Below, in pieces: positions 31,931-40,415 of a stretch of DNA of 43,451 nucleotides (positions are counted from its first letter, which is position 1; every line of letters begins with the position of its first letter). Below the pieces are notes generated by a model. The model worked only from the letters and a program-made list of their open reading frames with translations, did not search any database and was not told the DNA's origin. The stretch is from an uncultured Planctomycetia bacterium (GTDB lineage Bacteria; Omnitrophota; Gorgyraeia; 2-02-FULL-51-18). The translations under genes were made by a program, and so were the position numbers. The stretch is from positions 1 to 43,451 of the forward strand of contig CAZJAX010000002.1 in NCBI GenBank assembly GCA_964543965.1. The letters run 5' to 3'.

Positions 31931-32838
31931 GCGGAAGGGCCGTTGACCGGAAGGGTAACGGTGAATGTGGTTCCTTTCCCGACCTCGCTATTCACCTCGA
32001 TATTGCCGCCGTGCTTGCGCACGATGTCGCGGCTGATGCTCAGCCCCAAACCTGTGCCTTTTTCCGGACCCTTGGTCGTGAAAAACGCCTCGAAGAGCCG
32101 GGCCTTCACGTCGTCCGGAATGCCCGGACCCGTGTCGGTGATCTCAGCGCAGACGATGTCCTTATCCGCACGCGTCCGGATCGTGATGGAACCTTTTCCG
32201 TTCATGGCCTGGGAGGCGTTGACGATGAGATTCATGAAAACCTGGCTCAGCTGCTGAGCGTTGCAGCGGACGGGGGGCAGGTCGCCGAATTCCTTTTTCA
32301 GCTCGATCTTGTTTTTCACTGCGTTCCAGACGATGTTGAGGACGCTGTCGATGACGGCGTTGATATTTTCAGGGTTCGTCAGGCCTTTATCCGTGCGGGA
32401 AAACATGCGGATGTCCTTGACGATGACCGCCATGCGGTCCGCGCAATCCGCGCTTTGTCCCGCCATTTTTTCCGCTTCCCCGATGATCTCGAGAGCTTTT
32501 TCCCGGTTTCCGGCCGGCAGGCCTTCGCAGAGCACTTTGAGCGATCGGGCGCGGGATTTGAGCAGATCCATCGCCATCACGATGACGCCGAGAGGATTGT
32601 TGATCTCATGAACGATGCCGGCGGTCAGCAGGCCGATGGCGGCAAGTTTGTCGGCTTGCGCCAACTGCGTCTGAGATCTCTGGAGATCGTCGTAGAAACG
32701 GCGCATGTCGTCGAGCGCCATGCGCAGCAGTCCTTCATGCGCCTCGACTTCGCCTCGGCTGTCCTCAAGTTTTTTCAGAGCCTCGCGCAGCGCGGATTCA
32801 AGCTGCGCGGGATTCGGTTCGGGTTGGCCCGGCGTCAT
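31927..32838 (-). CDS. Cytoplasmic sensor histidine kinase (HisKA plus HATPase_c, no TM or sensor domain)
   Basis: H box GIVHEINNPLG, N box NLIVNASQAM, G1 DTGPGIP and G2 GTGLGLSISR. Confidence 0.9.
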   Translation of the reverse strand: MTPGQPEPNPAQLESALREALKKLEDSRGEVEAHEGLLRMALDDMRRFYDDLQRSQTQLAQADKLAAIGLLTAGIVHEINNPLGVIVMAMDLLKSRARSLKVLCEGLPAGNREKALEIIGEAEKMAGQSADCADRMAVIVKDIRMFSRTDKGLTNPENINAVIDSVLNIVWNAVKNKIELKKEFGDLPPVRCNAQQLSQVFMNLIVNASQAMNGKGSITIRTRADKDIVCAEITDTGPGIPDDVKARLFEAFFTTKGPEKGTGLGLSISRDIVRKHGGNIEVNSEVGKGTTFTVTLPVNGPSA

Positions 32839-32857
32839 GTTTCTCCCTTGGTATGGA

Positions 32858-33901
32858 TCATAGAGTAGTCTCGGACACCGGGCGTGTCAAGACGCTCGGG
32901 GGAAGTTTTTCGTCAGCCGCAGCGGTGAGATCGATGCGCGTGAACAAAGCCGCGGCGCCCAGAAGAAGAAGGATCGCCGCCGCCCTTTTCACTGACAACG
33001 GCTTCAAGGCCGAAAGAAGTTCCGAGACGGCGTAAGCTCCCAGGATCGAAATGACGGGAATACAGGGAAGGCGGAAGCGGTCTGTCATCGCAGCGCCCGC
33101 AGCCGCCGCAGCCCAGTAAAAAAAGGTGAAGATCACGGCGGGATAAACCTGTGTCCGCTTCTTGACGATGCCAAGGACGAGCCCCGCCAGACCGAAAGGC
33201 GCCAGGAGCGCAAAACTGAAAAAGGGCCAAAGAAATAGAGGCGCCAATTTTTTTGAAATTTCGTAGCTGATGCCGTCCGGAGGCTCCGCGCCATTCCAGA
33301 AGAGAACCGCGTTCATGACGGAACCGCCTTCATGGCGTCCGATAGCTGCCGGAGCCAGGACCGCCAGAGCTCCGAAGATGAGCAGCACGGGATTTTTTAG
33401 CCTGGGCGGCGCCGAAAGCGCGGCTGACATCAAGGCGGCGCAAAGAAAGGTCGTAAACGCCGCATCCAGAATAAGCGGCGAGTAGAAGACCGCGATTCCG
33501 TAAAAAGCATAAACCGTAGCGGCGAGCAAACCCGCGTCTCTATTCAGCCCCAGCTGTCGAGAAAGGCGCAGGATCAGCGCAGCCGTCAGGCAGTCCAGAA
33601 GGATCTGGGCGACCCTCACCGAAAAGACCCCGATCTTGAAAGCGCCGAACAGCGCAGCGGCGAAAAATTCATAAATGACATGCAAGGGCGAAGCGGCGAT
33701 CTCCGAGAAATTTCCGTCGAGAATGGACTGCATGGCGTCCAGATGCATCGGCGATTCGCCGGTGTACGCGGCGTTGTCCAAAGGCGTGCCGAAGATCTGG
33801 TATAGATAAACGGAGCGTATGAGCAGCGCAACCGCTACGATGCCTGCCGGAAATACGAAGCGTTCGAGAGCGTCTTTGTCGAGACGAAGGATCATAAGCA
33901 T
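32858..33901 (-). CDS. Polytopic membrane protein, possibly a short GT-C-like glycosyltransferase
   Basis: About 9 hydrophobic helices. Weak resemblance to ArnT/PMT-type N-terminal regions. No catalytic motif is recognised with confidence. Confidence 0.3.
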   Translation of the reverse strand: MLMILRLDKDALERFVFPAGIVAVALLIRSVYLYQIFGTPLDNAAYTGESPMHLDAMQSILDGNFSEIAASPLHVIYEFFAAALFGAFKIGVFSVRVAQILLDCLTAALILRLSRQLGLNRDAGLLAATVYAFYGIAVFYSPLILDAAFTTFLCAALMSAALSAPPRLKNPVLLIFGALAVLAPAAIGRHEGGSVMNAVLFWNGAEPPDGISYEISKKLAPLFLWPFFSFALLAPFGLAGLVLGIVKKRTQVYPAVIFTFFYWAAAAAGAAMTDRFRLPCIPVISILGAYAVSELLSALKPLSVKRAAAILLLLGAAALFTRIDLTAAADEKLPPSVLTRPVSETTL

Positions 33902-33949
33902 AAGATTAGCATATTGGCGGGGAAATGGTAGTGCTGAAGGAGGTTGGCC

Positions 33950-33992
33950 AAATAAATAAGCCTTATCGATTTTTCGATAAGGCTTATTTATT

Positions 33993-33993
<1 letters not shown>
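33950..33993 (-). terminator. Rho-independent terminator downstream of tRNA-fMet
   Basis: Perfect 20-bp inverted repeat AAATAAATAAGCCTTATCGA / TCGATAAGGCTTATTTATTT with a 4-nt loop. On the minus strand it is followed by a T-rich tail. Confidence 0.7.
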
Positions 33994-34069
<76 letters not shown>

Positions 34070-34104
34070 ATGTCTTTTTAAAAATTGTCTCGCTTGAGTG
34101 GGTA

Positions 34105-34133
34105 AGTATAGCTCACTCTCCGGGGCAAGTCAA
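34105..34133 (-). promoter_or_regulatory. Sigma-70 promoter of tRNA-fMet (TTGACT-N17-TATACT)
   Basis: The minus strand reads TTGACTtgccccggagagtgagcTATACT. The -10 ends about 35 nt upstream of the mature tRNA 5' end. Confidence 0.7.
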
Positions 34134-34248
34134 ACCATGCTTTCGAGGAGATATTGGGAGCTTCTTGGCAGACAGCTTGACGGAAAATAGCGCTTCTTAT
34201 AAGTTAAGGTGAAGCTGATTTTCATGGCTCAAAATCAAAGGAGATCCG

Positions 34249-34614
34249 GTGAAAAAGAATCTTTGCAAGCTTATGCTGATCCTGGCCGCGGGATGGGCTG
34301 GGGGTTTTACATGCCAGTGGTTTTTTCCGGCGCGCACGGCGGAAGCAGCGGGCCGTATCTTGCAGGCAGACCAGCTTTGGGTCTATGCCAAAGACGGCAA
34401 ACACCGCATTCAGATGGGAACTTACGCGGCGGGCAGCGAACAGGGGCAGCCGCTTCTGGGTCTGTCAGACAGCCAGCAGCGCATAAGGCTCTTATTGCGT
34501 CTGGCGGGACCGAACGAAACACCTGTGATGATCTTCAAGGACAAGGATGGAAATGATCGGCTGGTGCTGGGGCTCAATCATTCCGGCGGCGACGAATCTC
34601 CTTTGTCGCGCTGA
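34249..34614 (+). CDS. Small secreted or membrane-anchored hypothetical protein
   Basis: GTG start 4 nt after AGGAG and the signal-like N-terminus MKKNLCKLMLILAAGWAGG. There are three loose repeats of the pattern KDGKxR[IL]xLG. No family was recognised. Confidence 0.5.
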   Translation: MKKNLCKLMLILAAGWAGGFTCQWFFPARTAEAAGRILQADQLWVYAKDGKHRIQMGTYAAGSEQGQPLLGLSDSQQRIRLLLRLAGPNETPVMIFKDKDGNDRLVLGLNHSGGDESPLSR

Positions 34615-34619
34615 CGGAT

Positions 34620-35480
34620 CTAGAAGTCGGAGGGGATACCGGTCGTAAATGTCTTGAGCTCACCCGTGTGGGGGTGTTTGAAGGAAAGATGATAGGCGTG
34701 CAGGGCGAGCCGTCCCATCGGGTCGTCGGTGGAGCCGTATTTCTCGTCGCCGACGATGGGGTGGCCGATGTCCGACAAATGCACGCGGATCTGATTTTTG
34801 CGTCCCGTGAGCAGCGTCACGTCGAGCAGGCAGTAAGGCGGTTTTTTGTCGGCGATGCGGTAAAACGTCGAAGCGTGTTTGGCGTCGCGTGAGCGGTCGG
34901 TCGTGCTGTAGACGCGCTTAAAATCGTCTTCGACGAGGTAGCTCTCGATGGTGTCTGATGCTTTCTTCGGCACGCCCCGCACCACCGCGTAATATTTTTT
35001 GACCGCGGTCTTCCATTCTTCCTGCAGCTTGTTCTTGATCTCTTCTTTTTTCGCAAAAACGATGAGTCCTGAGGCTTGGCGGTCCAGACGATGGACGATG
35101 AATATGCGTCCGCGCTTCGAGGGACTCTGCGCCCGCACGTACTCGGTCAGGATATAATAGGCGGTGTGGATCTTGTCCTCGTCCGTTCCCATCGTGAGCA
35201 ATCCTGAAGGCTTATCGATGACGACGAGCCACTCGTCCTCGTAGACGATCTTGAAGGGCAGGCGCGCGACAAGGTTTCTTTTGGCGACGGCTTTTTTTTC
35301 TAGGATCTCGAGGCGGTCGCCGGGGCGAAGTTCGAATTTATGTGATTTGACGACGGAGCCGTTGATCGTCAGCGAGCCGAATTTTAAGACCTGCTTGAGT
35401 TTCAGCCTCTTATACGCGGGAAAATGCTTTAAAAGATATTCGAGAAGCGGAGCCTTTTCAGTTACAATATGGGGGACCAT
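34620..35480 (-). CDS. RluA-family pseudouridine synthase with N-terminal S4 domain
   Basis: HRLDRQASGLIVFAKK catalytic Asp motif, a GRKNQIRVHL motif, and an S4-like N-terminus (VLKFGSLTINGSVVK). Confidence 0.85.
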   Translation of the reverse strand: MVPHIVTEKAPLLEYLLKHFPAYKRLKLKQVLKFGSLTINGSVVKSHKFELRPGDRLEILEKKAVAKRNLVARLPFKIVYEDEWLVVIDKPSGLLTMGTDEDKIHTAYYILTEYVRAQSPSKRGRIFIVHRLDRQASGLIVFAKKEEIKNKLQEEWKTAVKKYYAVVRGVPKKASDTIESYLVEDDFKRVYSTTDRSRDAKHASTFYRIADKKPPYCLLDVTLLTGRKNQIRVHLSDIGHPIVGDEKYGSTDDPMGRLALHAYHLSFKHPHTGELKTFTTGIPSDF

Positions 35481-35521
35481 CGGTTCATCATAGAGAACAA
35501 CCGGGGACGCGTCAACGACTT

Positions 35522-36115
35522 ATGCGAAGATCAATCTTTACGGCTATCCTGGCGGCGGCGGTATTCACGGCAGCGTCCGCACAGGCGGAGGAATGCGTGA
35601 TGGAAAAAGCGGTGTTTGGAGCAGGCTGCTTCTGGGGTGTGCAGAAGGTTTTCGGCGAGCTCGAGGGCGTCGTTTCGACGCAAGTCGGATACACCGGCGG
35701 AAAGCTGAAAAATCCGACGTATGATCAGGTCTGCTACAGTGATACGGGTCATGCCGAAGCCATCGAAATCACGTTTGATCCCGCACGGATCAGCTACCGC
35801 AAGCTTCTGGAAGTGTTTTGGACCCACCACGACCCCACGACGCTAAACCGCCAGGGCAATGACGTCGGGAGCCAGTACCGTTCGGCTATTTTTTATCAGA
35901 CACCCTCACAAAAAGCAGCCGCCGAGGAAACCCTTCGGCTTTTGGACCGCTCCGGCATTTTCAAGGATCCGATCACTACGGAAATTGCGCCCGCCGAGAC
36001 GTTCTACCGAGCCGAGGAATATCATCAGAATTACCTCCGAAAGAACCCTAACGGGTATTGCCATATCCTCTATCAATCCCAGAAGATCAGCGAACTCCTT
36101 CAAGCCTCAAAATAG
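35522..36115 (+). CDS. msrA: Peptide-methionine (S)-S-oxide reductase MsrA with signal peptide
   Basis: GAGCFWGVQKVF active-site motif, GYTGG, HAEAIEITFDP and YHQNYL. Confidence 0.9.
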   Translation: MRRSIFTAILAAAVFTAASAQAEECVMEKAVFGAGCFWGVQKVFGELEGVVSTQVGYTGGKLKNPTYDQVCYSDTGHAEAIEITFDPARISYRKLLEVFWTHHDPTTLNRQGNDVGSQYRSAIFYQTPSQKAAAEETLRLLDRSGIFKDPITTEIAPAETFYRAEEYHQNYLRKNPNGYCHILYQSQKISELLQASK

Positions 36116-36184
36116 TAATTATTTAGTCGATTAATCAATTAAATAGAAACTTTTGATAAGTATTAATTAATTAAATATGCTTAT

Positions 36185-36212
36185 TTGTAATTTATAGTTA
36201 ATAATGCATACT
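36185..36212 (+). promoter_or_regulatory. Putative promoter of the pilin-like operon (TTGTAA-N16-CATACT)
   Basis: The -10 lies in TGCATACTTTTA, a variant of the GGCATACTTTA element, inside a 115-bp AT-rich island. It ends only 19 nt before the ATG, so the leader would be very short. Confidence 0.35.
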
Positions 36213-36231
36213 TTTATTAATAATTAAACCT

Positions 36232-36648
36232 ATGGGGGTTCTTGCCTTGAAGAGAAATCAGAAGGGTTACACACTTGTCGAAACCATGGCCGCGATCGCT
36301 ATCGGGTTGATTGGTATTACCGCGATCGGCTCGACGCTGGATGCGGGCATCTTTACGACGGTGGACAACCGCAGCCGCCTTTACGCCACCAACGCTCTTC
36401 GTGAAGAAATGGAAACATTGAGGCGTACACCCTACGATACGATCGCCGGTTACGGCAGCACGAGTACTTTCGCCAATACGCAGACCGCGCATCTGGTTGC
36501 AGGCGCCGGCACGCGGTCGATCGCGGTGCTCGGCGGCAATGATATAAGCCGCGTCACGCTGACAGTGAGCTGGACGGGCAGGAGGGGGAACGCGCTTTCG
36601 CAAAGCATCACGACGTATGTTTCCAGGAGGGGGCTGAACGGCACATGA
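36232..36648 (+). CDS. Prepilin-type N-terminal cleavage/methylation domain protein (minor pilin / pseudopilin)
   Basis: KGYTLVETMAAIAIGLIGITAI is a class III signal peptide with Glu at +5. Confidence 0.75.
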   Translation: MGVLALKRNQKGYTLVETMAAIAIGLIGITAIGSTLDAGIFTTVDNRSRLYATNALREEMETLRRTPYDTIAGYGSTSTFANTQTAHLVAGAGTRSIAVLGGNDISRVTLTVSWTGRRGNALSQSITTYVSRRGLNGT

Positions 36649-37262
36649 TATTTCATCTATTCAAAAAAAACTCAGGCTTCACTTCGCTGGAGCTTCTGGT
36701 CGCAACCTCGATCACGGGGATCTTCGCTGTCTCCTATTTTACGGCTTTCCATGTCATGGAATCGGAAATGTACCGCAATAAGATATATTTCGATGCAAAC
36801 ATCTCAGCTAAAAAAGTGATGGACCGCGTGTCCAAAGATGCGCAGGAAGCACTGAATGTCGCCGCTAGCTGGGGCGGCAATACGACGGGAAACACTTGCT
36901 TGGTATTGCGCTTGCCTGCCATCGACGCTTCGGGATCACCGACCAACACATCGACCCAATTTGATTACGTGACTTATAGGATCAATCCCAGCAACTCGAC
37001 TCAGCTCTTACGGTCGCTTGACGTTCTGGCGGGCGTCAGCCAGCGCGAAGGAGGCGCTGATGTTTCGAATGTCGTGGTTGCCGAACGCGTTTCCAGCATC
37101 CTTTTTTCGAGCGGCGGCACGTCGCTTGGGTCTGTTTCGTCAGGATCCATCCCTTTGCTTGAATATATCAATGTACAGATCACGACGCAGGGGACGACCG
37201 TCGGGACTACCCAGCAAACCGTGGTCGACTCGGACATCACGCTGAGAAACCGCATCACTTAG
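36645..37262 (+). CDS. Prepilin-type N-terminal domain protein (PilW/GspJ-like minor pilin)
   Basis: SGFTSLELLVATSITGIFAV N-terminus. The start overlaps the upstream gene as ATGA. Confidence 0.7.
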   Translation: MIFHLFKKNSGFTSLELLVATSITGIFAVSYFTAFHVMESEMYRNKIYFDANISAKKVMDRVSKDAQEALNVAASWGGNTTGNTCLVLRLPAIDASGSPTNTSTQFDYVTYRINPSNSTQLLRSLDVLAGVSQREGGADVSNVVVAERVSSILFSSGGTSLGSVSSGSIPLLEYINVQITTQGTTVGTTQQTVVDSDITLRNRIT

Positions 37263-37272
37263 AGGCAAAGAT

Positions 37273-38514
37273 ATGAACATCAGAAACCAGAAGGGTTTTG
37301 TCTTGATCACGGTGGTCTTGCTCTCTTCCGTGCTGTTCGCGGGAGCGCTGACCTATATGGATCTGGTGATCGTCGAACACCGCACGCTTCGAGCGTCGCA
37401 GAATATGCTGATGGCTCAGGCCGTTTCCGAGGCGGGCGTCGAAGATGTGGCGTGGGAATATAATTACAACGCTGGGACTTTTTCTTCCGCTAACGGATGG
37501 GCCACCAACGGTACGACACGGACAAAAAACGGCACCGTGACCAACGGCGCCTCGGCGGTGGGCACTTACGCCGTTACCGTAACCAATGCCACCAGCAGCA
37601 CGCCGACCATCGTATCGGTCGGCACCGCTTCCGCGACCGGCGGTTCTAACAGCATCACGACGCGTGCGATGGTGGCGCCCCAGTCCGAGTTTCTCAACGC
37701 GATCACGACCAACGGTGCCGTCACGCTGTCGGGCAACGCCTACACGGACAGCTACAATTCAAGCAACGGAGCTTACGGCGGCTCAAACCGCCTGACCAAC
37801 GGCGATGTCCAGACTAATGCCCATTCGAACGGCGCCATCGCACTTTCAGGCAATGCCAACATCCGCGGCGACGCCGGAACCGGTTCCGGCGGCACGATTA
37901 CATTGACGGGAAATGCATATTACACCGGAAGCCCTTCGAGCAGCGTCGCCAATACGATCAGTGCCAACACAGTTCCATCCTCTCTGACATCGCTGACCTC
38001 GGCCGGCGCGTATAGTTTGAGCGGAAATTCAACCGCAACGCTAAATTCGGGCTCTTACCGATACAGCTCCATGAGCACGTCTGGAAACGCTGTGCTGACG
38101 ATCTCAGGCGACGTATCTCTCTATCTTGATGCCACTAGCTCTGCTTTCAGCAACTCGGGTAACGCCCGCATCTCCATCAGCTCAGGCTCATCGCTGACGA
38201 TTTACGTCAACGGCAGCGTATCAGTCTCGGGTAACGGCCTAGTGAACAACAATGGCACTTCGAGTCCGATGACATTCCAGCTTTACGGGACATCGACAGC
38301 TACTTCACTAGCGATCACCGGCAACGGCAGCACGACCGGCATCATCGATATGCCCTCCGCGCACGTCGCTGTCAGCGGCAACGGTGATATCTACGGCTCC
38401 GTCATCGCTAATACGTTCTCCGCCAGTGGCAACGGCGGCTTCCATTATGACGAAAATCTTGCGTCGAGCGGTCCGTCAAACGGTTATAAGCTCCGGTGGG
38501 CGCGGCGCGTCTGA
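37273..38514 (+). CDS. PilX-N-like protein with Ser/Gly/Asn/Thr-rich beta-helix-type repeats
   Basis: QKGFVLITVVLLSSVLF N-terminus (PilX_N style). This is followed by at least 9 copies of an [LTV]-[ST]-G-N-[AGS] motif, for example LSGNAYTDS, LSGNANIRGD, LTGNAYYTG, TSGNAVLTISGDVSLY and VSGNGDIYGSVIAN. Confidence 0.65.
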   Translation: MNIRNQKGFVLITVVLLSSVLFAGALTYMDLVIVEHRTLRASQNMLMAQAVSEAGVEDVAWEYNYNAGTFSSANGWATNGTTRTKNGTVTNGASAVGTYAVTVTNATSSTPTIVSVGTASATGGSNSITTRAMVAPQSEFLNAITTNGAVTLSGNAYTDSYNSSNGAYGGSNRLTNGDVQTNAHSNGAIALSGNANIRGDAGTGSGGTITLTGNAYYTGSPSSSVANTISANTVPSSLTSLTSAGAYSLSGNSTATLNSGSYRYSSMSTSGNAVLTISGDVSLYLDATSSAFSNSGNARISISSGSSLTIYVNGSVSVSGNGLVNNNGTSSPMTFQLYGTSTATSLAITGNGSTTGIIDMPSAHVAVSGNGDIYGSVIANTFSASGNGGFHYDENLASSGPSNGYKLRWARRV

Positions 38515-38568
38515 CGCAGGAGGGCAGTGAGGAATTCATACATAATATAAATCAAGGAGGATACGTCG

Positions 38569-38961
38569 ATGAATAAGAAGCTATGGAGTCTGTTTGTGCT
38601 GGGCGCACTTATCAGTACGTCGGCGTTTGCAGACGCGCCGGTGTTCCCGGTGAACTTTAACGCCAGCGTTTCGGGAGAAAGCACGGTGACTCTCGTGAAA
38701 GTCGAAGGAACCAAGCTGCGCATCTCGGTCAATGGAGCCGACGGCAGCGCTGTGAAGGACTTCTCGATGGATGTCGAAGAGGGCAGCATCGCGGAGTTTC
38801 CGGGCGATGTCGTGCAGAGAGGCTCCGACGGTTACGCGGCTGTCCACGAGGAGATCATGGAGGAGCTCGAATCGCTGCGCTCGGGGCTTTCGGCGGCCGG
38901 TGACAGCGAGAATCTGGAGTCGCTCAACACGACGATCAGCTATCTCGAGAGCCTCGATTGA
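38569..38961 (+). CDS. Secreted hypothetical protein
   Basis: Strong RBS AAGGAGG and signal peptide MNKKLWSLFVLGALISTSAFA. The C-terminus is an acidic helix. No family was recognised. Confidence 0.55.
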   Translation: MNKKLWSLFVLGALISTSAFADAPVFPVNFNASVSGESTVTLVKVEGTKLRISVNGADGSAVKDFSMDVEEGSIAEFPGDVVQRGSDGYAAVHEEIMEELESLRSGLSAAGDSENLESLNTTISYLESLD

Positions 38962-38963
38962 GA

Positions 38964-38997
38964 GGCGGCTCCCCGGAGCATTTTTGCCGCCGGGGAG
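38964..38997 (+). terminator. Possible rho-independent terminator
   Basis: GC-rich stem CTCCCCGG...CCGGGGAG (alternative stem GGCGGC/GCCGCC) followed by GTTTTGG. The T-tract is short. Confidence 0.35.
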
Positions 38998-39049
38998 GTT
39001 TTGGCGGGGAGATTTGATTCCGCGGGCGATTTATGACATAATCGCCCGC

Positions 39050-39193
39050 ATGCACATCAGACTTGTTTTGACAGGATTTCTTTTGGCGATCGCGTTCACG
39101 GCTGCCGGCTGCGAGACTGTAAAAGGTGTCGGGCGTGATATCACCGGTGCCAGCAGCACGATCCAGGAGAAAATGAGTGCAAGAAAATCCTAG
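39050..39193 (+). CDS. Entericidin A/B-family small lipoprotein (47 aa)
   Basis: MHIRLVLTGFLLAIAFTAAGCETVKGVGRDITGASSTIQE has a lipobox (AAGC) followed by xxxKGxGxDIxxxG, as in EcnA/EcnB. Only the last 47 codons of track ORF 38771..39193 are retained. Confidence 0.6.
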   Translation: MHIRLVLTGFLLAIAFTAAGCETVKGVGRDITGASSTIQEKMSARKS

Positions 39194-39524
39194 CAGCTCT
39201 GAACGCCGCCGATCCGAAAGGATATCGCAGTCGTTTCCGGTCCATGCGGCCAAAGAGCAGTCCGAAAGTTTGACGCAGGAACAGATCACAGGCCTGACCC
39301 GGGACATCAGCGGTTCAGGCCTTTCGTTTTTATCCGATAAAGACTATGCCGCTGGCGATATCCTGAGCCTGCAGATCGACCTTCCCGCTTCTCAGCACCA
39401 GCTTCGCGTCAAGGTCGTACACGTCGAGACGCTCGGAGATTCCAAGAATGTCGGCGTCGCCTTCATCGACATATCTCCCGCGCACCAGAAGGCGCTGATG
39501 GAAGAGCTTTTCGAAAAGAAATAG
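39177..39524 (+). CDS. PilZ domain protein
   Basis: RRRSER (RxxxR) and DISGSGLSF (DxSxxG). The GTG start lies 8 nt after AGGAG and overlaps the entericidin-like ORF by 17 nt. Confidence 0.7.
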   Translation: MQENPSSSERRRSERISQSFPVHAAKEQSESLTQEQITGLTRDISGSGLSFLSDKDYAAGDILSLQIDLPASQHQLRVKVVHVETLGDSKNVGVAFIDISPAHQKALMEELFEKK

Positions 39525-39526
39525 TT

Positions 39527-40381
39527 TTAGACCTGCCGCCTGTACAGCACCGACCCGCATAAAATGATCACGGCGCTGCCGAGGATGCCGGGCAGTCCGG
39601 GATCTTCCTTCCAGAAAATAAATCCGATGACCAGCCCTATGACCGGAGTGATATAGCCGAAAGGAGAGGCGACCGATATCCTCGCCGATCTCAGCGAATA
39701 CGTAAGCCCCAGCTGCCCCAAAAGCGAGCTGGCGGTGATGACAAGAAGTGCTGTCCACTGGCCCGCGTCCGGCATCGGCCAGGGCCCGAGACCGCGCATC
39801 AGCGCCGATCCTGCCGTGCAGGCGATCGTGAAATAAAGGATGATGAGGAGCGGCGATTCGCGTTCGTCATGACTGCGGCGTATCAAGAGATGGACCATGC
39901 CCGCCAAAAATCCAGACGCCAGGCCTGCCATGAGCGCGTCAGGAGCCTCGCGGAGCTGAGGCGAGGCCAGCAGATACACGCCCATGAAAGCTCCGCCGAT
40001 CAGGAGCAGATCCGGCAGAGAGTTTTTTTCTTTGAAGAACAGCCGCGAGGCGGCCACGGCAAAGATCGGCGCCGTGTAGTTCAGCATGACGGCAGTCCCC
40101 AGATGGATGCGGGGGATGCACCAGAAATAGAGCGTCAGCGCGACGAAGCCGATGACGCCCCGCGAGGCGAGGATGAGCGGTTTTTTGCCGATCCCGTCTT
40201 TATTTTTGCGGATCGCCAGGATCGCGAAAAGGAGGATCGAGCTGAGCACGCTTCGGACGAAGACGACTTCAGAAGCGGGTAGTCCGCCTCCCAGCCATTT
40301 GGTGGCTGCGGCCATGACCGCGAAGGCGAGGCTTGCCCAAAGCATGAGCAGGATGCCGCGGGCGTTGTTTTGTTTTGTCAT
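39527..40381 (-). CDS. DMT-superfamily transporter (EamA family)
   Basis: Ten hydrophobic helices in two EamA-like halves. Confidence 0.75.
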   Translation of the reverse strand: MTKQNNARGILLMLWASLAFAVMAAATKWLGGGLPASEVVFVRSVLSSILLFAILAIRKNKDGIGKKPLILASRGVIGFVALTLYFWCIPRIHLGTAVMLNYTAPIFAVAASRLFFKEKNSLPDLLLIGGAFMGVYLLASPQLREAPDALMAGLASGFLAGMVHLLIRRSHDERESPLLIILYFTIACTAGSALMRGLGPWPMPDAGQWTALLVITASSLLGQLGLTYSLRSARISVASPFGYITPVIGLVIGFIFWKEDPGLPGILGSAVIILCGSVLYRRQV

Positions 40382-40415
40382 AGGGCTATGATAGTCTATT
40401 CAAAAAAGGGAAGAC

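Noticed and set aside
32011-32868. 285-aa plus-strand ORF opposite the histidine kinase
   Set aside because: The minus-strand frame has complete H, N, G1 and G2 boxes. The plus-strand translation has no motif and an Asp/Arg/His-rich shadow composition.
34209-34556. Alternative 115-aa ORF overlapping 34249..34614
   Set aside because: It has no RBS and a Gly/Arg-rich composition. The competing frame has an AGGAG RBS and a signal-peptide-like N-terminus.
37861-37869. RGD tripeptide (ANIRGDAGTG) in the PilX-like repeat protein as an integrin-type adhesion motif
   Set aside because: A single tripeptide in a Gly/Asp-rich repeat is expected by chance and has no supporting context.
38771-39049. The N-terminal 93 codons of track ORF 38771..39193
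   Set aside because: This Arg/Ser-rich stretch overlaps the well-supported secreted-protein gene 38569..38961 in another frame. Only the final 47 codons (from ATG 39050) look like a real gene, the entericidin-like lipoprotein.
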